Below, one piece after another: positions 49,001 to 61,000 of a stretch of DNA of 64,000 nt. The stretch is from an uncultured Conexibacteraceae bacterium (GTDB lineage Bacteria; Actinomycetota; Thermoleophilia; Solirubrobacterales; Solirubrobacteraceae). Numbering within the stretch: the stretch's first letter is position 1; each line of letters begins with the position of its first letter. The translations under genes and the position numbers were made by a program. Where the stretch lies: NCBI GenBank assembly GCA_963778315.1, contig CAVZTZ010000003.1, positions 252,497-316,496 on the forward strand. Reading direction: 5' to 3'. The notes beneath the pieces were generated by a model, which made no database searches, was not told the DNA's origin, and was given only the letters and a program-made list of their open reading frames with translations.

Positions 49001-52000
49001 GCTCGACGCCGAGCACACGGCGAACTTCAACACGCAGGTGGTCACCGCCTCGTTCGGTTTGCTCTCGGGCGCCGGCGCGAGCGCGACCAACAACGTGACC
49101 ACGAACGTCAATGCGCTCGTCGGGGGCAGCGACAAACTGTCGGCTCAGACCGTGCAGGTTCTGGCGACGAACAACGTCGACAAGCCGGCAACGTCCCTCA
49201 GCAACATCGTCGGCTCGACCGGCGGGTTCGCCAGCGGCGCGTCAGGGAACTCGACCACAACGCTGACCACCGCGACGCTGGTTGCCGTGGGCGACAAGGC
49301 GGACATCACGACGATCGGGCCGCAGGGCACTCAGACCGACGTCACGCTGGCCGCGCAGAACAACTTCAACGTCGTTGACTCGATCACGTTCACGACGTGG
49401 GGCGCGTTGTCAGGCGCGTCGGTCAACGGCACGATCACGGCGACCAGCACGGGCGCCACCGTCGACGTCGGCGCCGCCACGATCACGACGCCGGGCACGG
49501 TTGACGCTTCCGCTCGCTCCGCGGGCACGGTGACGATGCAGGTCAACGCCAACACCGACGGCGTCGCGACTGCTGCAGCCGGCCAGACGACGGTCGTCGT
49601 CACACCGCAGAACACGGTCACGGTTGCGACCGATGCGCAGATCAGCGCAGACGGCAACGTCGAGCTGACGGCCGGCCGCAGCGACGACAGCAACCCGGTC
49701 GTGGCGGCCGACGCCTGGACGGTCACCTCGTACTGGGACGGGTTCGCCGGTTCGTTGATTCCGATCAACGACACGAACTCGGTCGGGCATCTGCTGATCA
49801 GCAACGAGGTCGACGTCGAGATCGGCGCGACGATCGTCAGCGGCGGCGAGGTCGACCTGTTCAGCGAGGACACTCCGCTGGCGACTGTCGGCTCCCAGGC
49901 ATCGGTGACCAGCTGGGCCAGTTCGGCGGCGCAGGGGATCGATGAGCTGCTCGGCGGCGATGGCATGAACACGTTCGTCGGCAACGCGCTGCAGACTGAG
50001 AGCGGCGTCGTCGACAACGACGGCCTGATCGAGGCCGGCCTGTTCCGCAACAAGACGGTCGAGCTGACCTACGACGGGACGAACATCCATGCGCAGGTGA
50101 CGGTCGGCACCGACCCGCCCGCCAATGCGGAACTCACCAGCGGCACGACAACGGACGTCGCCGGGATCACATTGGAGCTCGGCTACAGCACGATCTCGAA
50201 CAACCTCGAGACCGAGCTGTTCCAGAACGACCAGGAGCTGAAGACCTACGAGGGTTCGACGGTCAGCGCCAATGAGGCGAACATCGCCTTCTACGCAGGG
50301 CTCAACCAGACGATCGTGGGCGAGCTGAACGCTGAGGGCTACACCACCACCTGCGACAGCTACGAGGACTGCACGGTCGTCACCGGCCCGAGCTCGCCCG
50401 GCGAGCCGACGATCACCGTCGGTCAGATCTACTCGGCGCCGGGCCTGATCAATGCCGACGGCTCGCTGCTCGAGGGCGACGGCACCTTCGACGCGCCGAC
50501 GGACGTCACGATCTCGATCACCAACGACACGCCCGACTTCCTCGACCTGCTCGGGATCAACGTCGCAGCGGAGCTCGGCGGCCTCAACTACAACGGCTTC
50601 AACGTCGGCCAGTCCGAGGCCAACAGCTCGCCGACGCCGGCTCAGAACGACGCGCAGATCGAGGGGCTGAACAGCCAGACGGGTGGATCGGCGAATTTCG
50701 GCTATGACATCGGCGACACCGTCAACACGCCGAGCGTGACGGTGGAGAACACCTACGACATCGGCAGCCAGTCGATCCCGTGGCCCGACTTGACGGTCGT
50801 CTCGGCGGCCGATGGCGGGATCGGTATCCAGAACGCCAATGGCTCAGTGACCCTGTCCACGGTCGCGACCGGGACTGGGGACATCAACATCGACGACTCC
50901 GTCAACTCGGCGACCCTGTCGGTCACCGCTGGCGGCGACCTCAACGCCAACCAGTCTGACCCGTACGAATTCGGCGGTGAGCCTGATCAGGCGGTCGTGG
51001 CGGCGACGACTGGCGCCTACGTCCAGGGCAACGTGCCTGCTCCGGGAGTCGCCCCGGCATGCTCGAGCCCCGATGAGACCAACCAGTACTACGGCGAGTA
51101 CATGTGCGACCCCTCCTCGACGTTGTGCTCCGCTTCGGGCGGCCTGTCGGACGGCTCCTCCGAGTACGGCGACGGTAACGGCGGCGAGATCCGGACGCTG
51201 ATCACCACGTGCACGATCACGACCAGCGAGACGCAATACCTCTCCTCGGCCTTCACGAGCGCTGTTCGGTCCGGCCCGCAGGGCGCCGTGCAGATCACAG
51301 GCGGGACGATCTACGTCAACGCTCCGTACATCAACATCGGCGCGATCATCCAGAGCGGCCGGGATACGTATTCGCTCAACCTCGGTGGCCCCGACACCGG
51401 CACGCTTGTACCGGGTGACTGGGCCGCCTACGAGGTCGACCATTCCGGTCAGACGCAGGGCACGCTGGCGCTCTCGCTGCCCAACATCTCGGGGATGCCC
51501 GCGTCCTACGACGACGGCGTGAACGTGTCTTACGACTACGACACGAAGGCGTACGTCGTCGACGCGATCCAGAGCCGCGGTGGTTCGATCAAGCTGCTCG
51601 GCACCGTCACCTCCACGGGGGCCGGCCAGATCAATGTGCTCGGCGGCTACCCGACGGTGACATTGGACAACAACACCGGCGCTCCGCTGGAGACCAACGG
51701 CATCGACCTCTCGCAGCCCGGCATCGGCACGCTGTACATCGGCGACAGCTCCGGTGGCAACCCCGGCGGGACGGCAACGCCGAGTGCGACAGATCCAGGC
51801 AACTCCGCGACGTCGATCTATCAGTGGACGCAGAACGGAGTTCAGATCACCTACCAGGACTCCGCTGAGACCGAGGCCATCACCAACGTCGTGTCCAGCA
51901 GCGCGGCCCTGAGCTACGTGCCCGATCAGGAGCTGCGGTACGGCTGGGTCACGCAGTACCAGGTCACGACCACGGTGCAGGACACGTACGACTCGACGAA

Positions 52001-55000
52001 CTTCATCGGGTTCATCCCGACCGGCTCCAGCAACTACACGTCGCAGACGACAACGGTGTCCAAGGCGCCGATCGTCGCCAACCCGGGCGGACGGTACTTC
52101 TACACGGCAGGTTCTGTCAGCGCGGGCCAGGATCCGTACCAGTTCACGCAGACGATCTCCGCCGACTTCGGTCCGAACGTCACGAAGAGCCAGAGGAGCT
52201 GGTGCACGTACAGCTGGGGCAGCCTGTGCTGGACGCACGAGTACCAGAAGATCACCGACGCGACCGACGTCTACACGGTCACCGATGCCGACTCGATGAG
52301 CGCGGGCCAGTCGATCCCGATTGACTTCCTCGGAGCGAACGCGGGGAGCATCTCGATCGACTCGAGCGCCGGCCTGATCGTGAACGGGGCGATCGACAAC
52401 CCCACCGGCTCGACCTCGATCGACACCGCCGATGGGACCGTCACCGAAGGCCCGCAGGGTCAGCAGATCGGTGGCCGGGTGCTGACGCTGAACACCGCGG
52501 ATGCGATCGGGAGCTCGACCGCGCCATTGCCGATCGAGGTCAATGCGGTCTCGTACGTCGGCAGCAACAAGGAGCCGTACGTCACCGCGCCAAGCCAGCC
52601 GTGCTACCCGTCCGGCACCGGCCAGAACACGGTCCTGACGCAGCTCAACACGCCGTGCTACGCGGATACGACCGACGACAGCGCGACGCTCTCCTGGGGG
52701 TTGACGGTCCACCTCGGCACCGACTACACGGGCGGCGACGGCACCCAGGGCCTCGTCTACCGGTACGTGGGCACGTGCACGAAGGCCAACGCGGCCGCCG
52801 ACAACTGCGTCGGCGACACCGTGTCGCTCTCCGGTGAGGATTTCTCCGATGCGTCCGACTGGGACGTCGAGACCGCCACCTCCGACTCGGTGATCCAGTT
52901 CGTCGATTCGACCGGCGCCGCCACGTATTGGCAGTACCTCGGCCAGGCGACCGAGATGAACCTCAGCACGCTGTGCCTGACCGGCTGCTCGAACTACCTG
53001 CAGGGCAACACCTCGGTGTGGGCGCCGGTCACCAGCGACGCGGGCCTCAACGCAGTTGCCGGCCAGGGCGGCATCTACCTCGACGACATCAACGGGTCGC
53101 TTCCGATCCAGCAGGTGATCGCCGAGAACGGCGGCAATGTCACGCTCAGCTCCGAGAGCAACATCACGGTCGCGCAGGGCGCCGCGCCAAGCGGCGTGGC
53201 GCAAATGGGGCAGGTGACGGGCAACCAGATCACGCTGCTTGCCGGCGGTCTGATCCCGAACGCGTCGGGCAATTCGCCCAAGCCGGGAGTCGTCGGTGCC
53301 GATGGAGCGCCGCTGCTGCTCGATTCAGGCGGCACCCAGCAGTACGGCGACGTGACCATCCGCGCCGGCGGCGACGTCAACGTCGAGGAGGACCAGGGCA
53401 ACCTGTGGCTCTACCTGCTGAAGGCCACGGGCGGCAACGCGTGGGTCAAGGTCGACAACGGCAACCTCTACGACGCGAACACCGCAACGACCCCGAACCC
53501 GGTCACATACGCTCAGCTCGAGCAGAGCACCTACAGCCAGCTCGGACTCGAGAACCCGAACGAGGTGACGGATCAGGAGCTGCAGTTCGAGGCGACCGAA
53601 GAGCAGCAATATGCGCAGCTGTGGACCTATTTCGATGACAACTCGAGCTGCACCGTCGGCACCGCCAGCACCTGTAGCTTCGCGCTGACCTCCGCCCAGC
53701 AGACCTACTACGAGGGCTACTACTGCGCTCTGGAGCTGGAGGCAGCGAAGGACACGAGCGGCCGGTGCAGCGACGTGCAGACGGCAGTCAATGGAGACCT
53801 GGCGACGATCACGAAGGCCGATCAGGTGCAATTCGCCACGCTCGCCAGCCAGTTCAACGCATACTTCCAGCGCCTCGGCGAGACGTTCCCGACCTCCGAG
53901 ACCCGCTCCGCGACCTACGGCGGCATCCTCAGCACGCCAGGTATCTACACCGACGGTGATCTCGCAAGCGGTGCTATCGCCTTCTCATCGCAGGGCGCGA
54001 CGTTCACGGGCGCCGACGTCGGCGGCAAGATCACGATCGCTGGGACCACATACACCGTCGCCGCTGTTCTCGACAGCCACGACGTGCTGCTGGCCGAGGC
54101 CGCGACGACCGGCTCCGGGGAGTCGTTCTCGTACACGACGGGCACGGCCGACGGCACGACATACGCGGCCGGCACGACGCTGACGATCTCCGGTACGGGC
54201 CAGAGCGCAACCTTCACCACTGCGAACGTCGGCGAGAGCGTGACGATCACAAGCAGCGTGGGCACGTTCTCGGACACGATCGCGTCGGTCAGCACGAATG
54301 GCGCTGACGCGGTCACGCTCGGCACGCCGGTTCCGGTCGGCACCGGGGCAACCGTCACGTACCAGGGGATCCTCACCGACGGCGTCGCGACGACGACCGG
54401 CTCAGGCGCGACCACGGTCACCACGCTCACGTCGCAGACGGCGCACTTCACAGCTCTCGACACCGGCCAGACGATCGTGATCGCCGGCAACGCGTACACG
54501 ATCGCGGGCGTCGACAGCACGACCCAGGTCACCCTCGACCAGCCCGCGTCGTCCGCTGACCCGGGCGACCCGAGCGGCAGCGGCCTGGCGTTCGAGGTGC
54601 TGCTGAGCTACTCCGATGGGGCGGTGACCGGCACCGGCACCGTGCTCGACTCTGCTTCGACCACGTTCACATCGTCCGACATCGGCAAGAGCGTCACCGT
54701 CGGCGGCAACGAGGACACGATCTCCGGCTACATCGACGCACACGACATTGAGCTGACCAACACAGCGGGGTCGATCCCCGACACCACCGGCCAGACCGTT
54801 GCGATCAGCGGCAACGATGGGACGGTCACCGCGGTCACGACGGTCAGCTCGGCGACGGCCAACTTCGTGGCGCCGACGAGCACATCGAGCGGTGACCTCG
54901 GCGCCGTGATCACCTTCGGCACCGCCTCGACATACGAGATCACGTCCGTGATCAGCCCCACCGAGGTCGAGGTACAGCCGACCGGGCAGACGCTGGCGTC

Positions 55001-58000
55001 GAGCGGCAGCGGTCAGACGTTCAGCCTCACCGTTCCGGGCACCGGCTCGAATAGCACGGTCCAGTCCGACCTGACCTCGACCTGCCCGACGACCGCCGAC
55101 TGCGCGACGTTCGCGGCCTCCGACGTCGGTCAGCAGGTCACCCTCTCGGATGGCAGCAAGTGGCAGATCACGAGCATCATCTCCGCGCACGAGGCCGAGA
55201 TCTCAGAGCTCGTCGAGGCGGCCGGAAACACCCCGACCGCGCTCGGCGCGACCAGCTTCACCTACAACCCGAGCTTCCTCGACGGGCAGATCAGCAGCCA
55301 GACCGTGACCACGGGCGCCAGCACCACGACCGAGACGATCCTGACCTCCGCCAGCGCGGGCTTCGGGTCGGCTGACGTCGGCCAGTCGATTGACGTCAAC
55401 GGCACGAGCAACACGATCGAGCAGGTGCTCAGCGCGACTGAGGTGGTGCTCGGCACGAGCATGGCAGCGGCAACCGGTCGTCCGTTCTCCTACATGCCGC
55501 AGTTCACCTACCAGCTGAGCACGGCTCAGATCGAGCAGATCGAGAGTGGGGTCAAGGTGTGGACTCCGGCGCAGCTTCAGAACCTGCTCGGCGCCGGCCT
55601 GCTCAACCCGGTCAGCTCCACCGTCGCCGCGGACGGCGTGTCCGTGATCGACGCCGAGAACATCACGCTGCTGACGTGCGACAACGCCGGGACCGACACC
55701 GGCTCGACGTGCCCGCAGGTAACGGGCTCGTCGGTTGGTGCTGTCGGCCAGCTGACCGGCACGACGACGATCCCGCTCGACGGCACGACGTTCACCTCCG
55801 CCGACAACGTGGCGCTGAACTCGGCGGAGCGGTCCGACATCACCTACGTCGCTGGCGCCGCGCTCGCCGACGGTACGAACACGGCGCTGAGCGTCGACTT
55901 CAGCGCGACCACCGCGGCACTCGGGACGATCACGGTGCCGGTCGACACCGGCCTGACCGGCCTGACCGACAACGAGATCCTGCGGGTCGTCGGCGTTACC
56001 GACGGTTCCGCGAGCGGCCTGGCGTACTACGAGTTCACCGGCTGGAGCGGCAGCGGCGCCGACAGCACCACATGCAACACGAACTCGGGCGCCGGCTGCA
56101 ACGTGCTCGACGTCAAGGTGCCGTCGTATGAGAGCGAGCAGCTGCAGAGCCAGGCCGGCGTCACCGTGTCGATCGTCCCGGTCACGAACACGGCCGTGAC
56201 AGCCGAAGTGTCCTTCACCTCGCCGACGACGATCGTCAACGACAGCAACACCGGCTGGGGCGTGATCAGTGCAGGCATGCAGGTCACGATCTCCGGGAAC
56301 ACGAGCAACAGCACCGACCCGACCGACTCCAGCGGTCCGGCCTACTACACGGTCGACCAGGTCACCGGCAACACGATCACCCTCGATGCGTGCATCACCG
56401 GCCCATGCGCCAGCGGTCAGACGTCCGACGTGAACCTGAGCACCGAGACGGATGATTCGAACATCACGATCACGCCGATCGTGACCGACCCGGCATTTGC
56501 GGCCGACACGACGGTGACGGCAGACGTCAACGGCGTCAAGACCCAGGTCAGCGGCACCCAGACGCTACCCGTGCAGTTCATCAACAGCGGCTTTGATCAG
56601 AGCGGGGTCCGCCAGCCGGATCAGATCGTGCTCACCAACGGCGAGAACTGGAGCGACTACGGGTACGCCGTCGGCGATCTGCTCGAGGTGACGGGCTCGG
56701 ACCTCGACAGCACCGGCTCCTACCTGCCCTACGAGATCGTCGGCGTCAGCGGCGCAACGCTCGAGGTCGCGGTTGGCGACTCGCTTGCACCTGAACTCGA
56801 CCCAACCGGCATCACGTTCACGCTCGGCTACTCGCCCGTCACGGTCCAGATCGACGTCAGCCAGGTTCAGCCGATGTGGATCGACGCCACCACCGAAACG
56901 GGCGGCGCGGGCACGTTGGACGTCACGGCCTCGAGCGATGTGTTCATCGACTCGGCGAGCTCGATCGCGATCGGCCGCGTCAGCACCCCCGGGCAGACCC
57001 GACTGAAGAGCGGCGGCGCGCTGACGAACGCCGACTGCACGCCAAGCTCGAGCGCCACGATCGACAACTGCCAGACCGCGCCGGCCGCCGCCGACACGAA
57101 CCTCAGCACCGGGGATCTGATCCTCGAGGCGGGCGGCGGTTCGATCGGGACCGAGCAGAATCCGGTGTTCACCGATCCATATACGGCCGGCTCGACGCTG
57201 ACCGTCCGGGCGTCGGACAGCATCTGGATCGATAACAGCAACGCGGCCGGTACCGCCGGCGACCTGAAGCTGCAGTCCGCATACGCGGCGGGCACGTCGC
57301 CGCAGGGCGCCACGGACCCGCTCGCCGGCTACGTCCACCTCCAGGCAGACGGGGCGATCTACTCCCCGATCGCAACCGAGTTCACGAAGATCGACGCGTC
57401 CGATGTCGAGCTCGATGCGGGCGTCGCCTGCACACAGTCACAGGCACAGGCGGGCGGGTGCTCGATCGGTCAGAGCGGCAACCCGCTCGAGATCCTCGCG
57501 ACCGATGTGACCGCACTCGCGACCGGGTCGGTCTGGCTGACGGGCACGGACCTGACCGGGACGCTGACCACATTGCAGATCCGGCGCATCGCATCGCTCT
57601 ACGGCGATGTCTCGCTGGCCGGCATGCAGCTCAAGGTTGATCCGGCCGACGGTGCGGTCGCGCAGAACGCGACGCTCGCCGGCAGCGATCCGGACCTGGA
57701 TCCGCTGGACGAGAGCGAGATCTTCCAGAGCGAGTTCGCCGGAACCACCGACGAGTCGAACGCGACGATCAACGTCGTCGGCAACAACATCTCGCTGACC
57801 GCGAGCACCGGCGGCATCGGCCTGACCGCCGATCCGATCGGGATCGAATCCGACCGCGCGCTGACCTGCTCCAACGACGCCCAGAACGGCATCACCGTGG
57901 CGAGCGGGTGCGGGACGCTGACCGTCTCCGCAGCAGACGACGTCTTCATCGATCAGCCGAGCCGCGACCTGTATCTCAACACGGTCAGCGTCTCCGCCCC

Positions 58001-61000
58001 GGGACAGGTGGCCTTCATCACCGCTGTGTCCGCATCGATCTACAACGGCAACCCGGCATCGGGGTCCAACGTCGAGTCCGGCGAGGTCTGGCTGTCTGCC
58101 AAGCAGAACGTGGGCACCACCACCGACCCGTTGACGACCAGCACCGGCGACATCCAGTCGGCGGCCGGCGGATACACCGAGATTCACAACAGCGGCCAGG
58201 TCTCGATCCAGTGCGTCAGCCCCGGCGCCGACGGACCGGGTTCGCCGACGTCCAGCACGTGTGCGCCCGGCACCATCGGCATCCAGTCGGGTCAGAGCAT
58301 TACGTTCACGAACACGGACAGCTCCGGAAATGCGTGCACCACGGGTGCGTCGACGGGCAACAGCTGCGTCACGCTGACCCAGAACATCGTCTCAACCAAC
58401 GGCTCGGTGACGATCAGCTCCCAGAACCAGGCGGGCGAGGACAACGCCGTCACCGTGCTGCCGGGGATCCAGGTCACGGGCGCGACAGGAATCTCGATCA
58501 CGGCGGGCGGCGATGTCACGATCGGCGACGGCGGCGGCCTGACCGCGACGACCGGTGGCATCTCGATCGTCGGTGGCACGCACGGCGCCGGCGACGTCTC
58601 GATCACCGACGGCACCGTGACCGCGACCGGCGCCGGTGGTCAGATCGCGGTCCAGACGGCTGGAAACGTCACCTTCACCGGCTCGACCCTCACGGCGGAC
58701 GGTCCGATCACGGTCACCACCGGAACCAACAGCGCCACCACCGCGACCGGCCTCGGCGCCGACGGAGCGGGATACGTGCTGGTCGGCGGGTCAACCGTTG
58801 ACGCCACCGGAACCGGGGCAATGATCACGATCACAGCCGCGGGCAACGTCGGCGCCGGCGAAGACGCCACGGGGACCACGGATCCGGCCATCGTCAAGGC
58901 GTCTGGCCCGATCGCGATCACCGCCGGTACCGGTGGCACCGGTGGTCTGGTTGTGAAGGACTCGATGGTGACGGCGACCGGCGCGAGCGGGTCGATCACC
59001 GGGACCACGACCGGCGGCGACATCCAGCTTCTCGACGGCACTGCCGTGACGGCCGCGACCTACGTCACGCTGATGGCGGGCCACGGGATCTACGTCCAGG
59101 ATCCGACGACCGTCACCGCCCAGGATGGCAACGTCGAGATGACCGCCCACGCCGGCTCGATCACGCTCGGCCCGAACGCCGAGGTCACCGCCTCCGCGGA
59201 CGTCGACGGGCAGGCGAGCGCGGCCATCTACGTCGAGCAGAACTCCGAGGTGCTCGCCGGTCTGGCGGTGACGCTGACCGCAATCAGCGGTGACGTCGAC
59301 GTTGACCAGTCGTCGTCCGTCGCCGCACTCGACGGTTCGGTCCAGCTGAGTGCCGGCGCGGACATCGTGGTCGACGCCGCAAGCACGGTCAACGCGACGA
59401 GTGGCGACGTCATCGGCTCGGCGAGCGGCTACATCACGATCGGCGACGGCGTCGCCGGCACGGCGACGGTGAACAGCACGGGCGGCAGCGTGAAGCTGAC
59501 GGCCGGCACCACCCTGACCGTGCACGACACCGCCACGATCACCGCCTCACTGGACATCGACGCCACCGCCGGCGGCGATCTGACCGTCGAGAGCACCGCC
59601 GTCGTCACCGCGCAGCGCAACGTGACGCTGTTCGCAGGCAGCGGCGCCGGCACCGGTGACGCGCTGATCGGATACGCACCGTTCCCGAGCGGCGACACGA
59701 CGGCCAACACCGGCAGCCCCGCCCAGATCGACGCGACCGGAACGGCACCGGCGCTGCCCGGCGGCCGCACGGGCGTCGTCACGATCGAAGCAGGCGGCAA
59801 CGTCACGATGTGGGCCGGTTCGACCACGCAGAACCCCGACGGAACCGTCGCAACGACGAACCACACGACCGCCAGCACCGAGATCGACATCTACGGAGAC
59901 GTCAACAATCTCGATGCCAGCGGCAGCCAGATCACGTTGTCGGGCACGCTGAGCGCTCCGCTGATCCAGGCGTTCGGGAACACACACGACGACACGATCA
60001 CCTTCGAGCAGACCCAGCTGAACGGCCGCACGCGGGCGTGGGGCTCGAATACGCCGACCGCGACGGGCCAGCTCGCGTGCACGCCGACCGCGGCCAACTC
60101 CAACCCGTGCCCGTCCGGGAACAACCTCTTCATCGTCGACCAGCTCGCGACGATGACGAACATCGATGCCGGTACCACGCTGATGCTCGACGGTCAGTCC
60201 GGGACCAACGTGTACGACATCAACACCCACGGAAGCCAGGCCACCCAGACCGCCAACTACGAGATCAACGTGCTGCCGAGCGGCGCGCCTGGCACCGGCA
60301 CCAACACGCTCAACGTCTACGGCGCGAACAACACACCCGTGGCGGGCGACCCGTACAACGATCTGTTCCTGCTGCGCTCCGAGACCGCGATCGCCAACGA
60401 GACGCTGCCGAGCATCTTTGACGGGACCGGCAACAACGCCGGAACGGGCGCCTCTGCCGCGCCGTACTCGGCCGGTCCGGCATTCGTCGCGGTACTCGGC
60501 ACCACCTACAACAACGCCGCGCCGAGCAACGCGACGAGCACCGCCACCGCCGGCGCGCTCAACTCGAGCGGCACGTTCAACGTCGAGATGGTCAATTACG
60601 ACAGCAATGTCAGCGCGCTGAACGTGATCGGCAAGGGCGGCAACGACTACTTCGCCGTCGACGACAACAGCGCGATCACGACACTCGACGCCGGCACCGG
60701 CGACGGCACCTTCCAGATCGGCCAGGTGTACGGCTTGCAGCGGACCGACTCCGCGAGCCAGGGCAACCTCACCCCGGACGACCAATTCGCGTTCGCGACC
60801 GTGGCGACCACCGACGGCTGGTTGAGCCGCGGCACGAGCATGCCGCTGACCGCGGAGGGCGGCAACAACGACACGTTCTACGTCTACTCGAACCAGGCCC
60901 CCGTCACGCTCGAGGGCGGGATCGGCAACAACAGCTTCAACGTGCAGGGCTTCGCGCTCGCGCAGACGAGCGGCGGCAACCTCGTCCTGCCCGCGGGCTG

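Noticed and set aside
50844-53204. 786-aa minus-strand ORF. Similar long minus ORFs lie at 59547..61919, 39030..40673, 41034..42623, 33497..34972, 34985..36487, 40178..41545, 42935..44080 and 29600..30766.
   Set aside because: All lie antisense to the uninterrupted plus frame 0. They are either Arg/Gly/Asp/Val-rich or Ser/Val/Pro/Ala-rich, and I read them as antisense-frame artefacts of this very GC-rich coding sequence. They are fragmented where the plus frame is continuous, and they show no domain-like repeats or start context.
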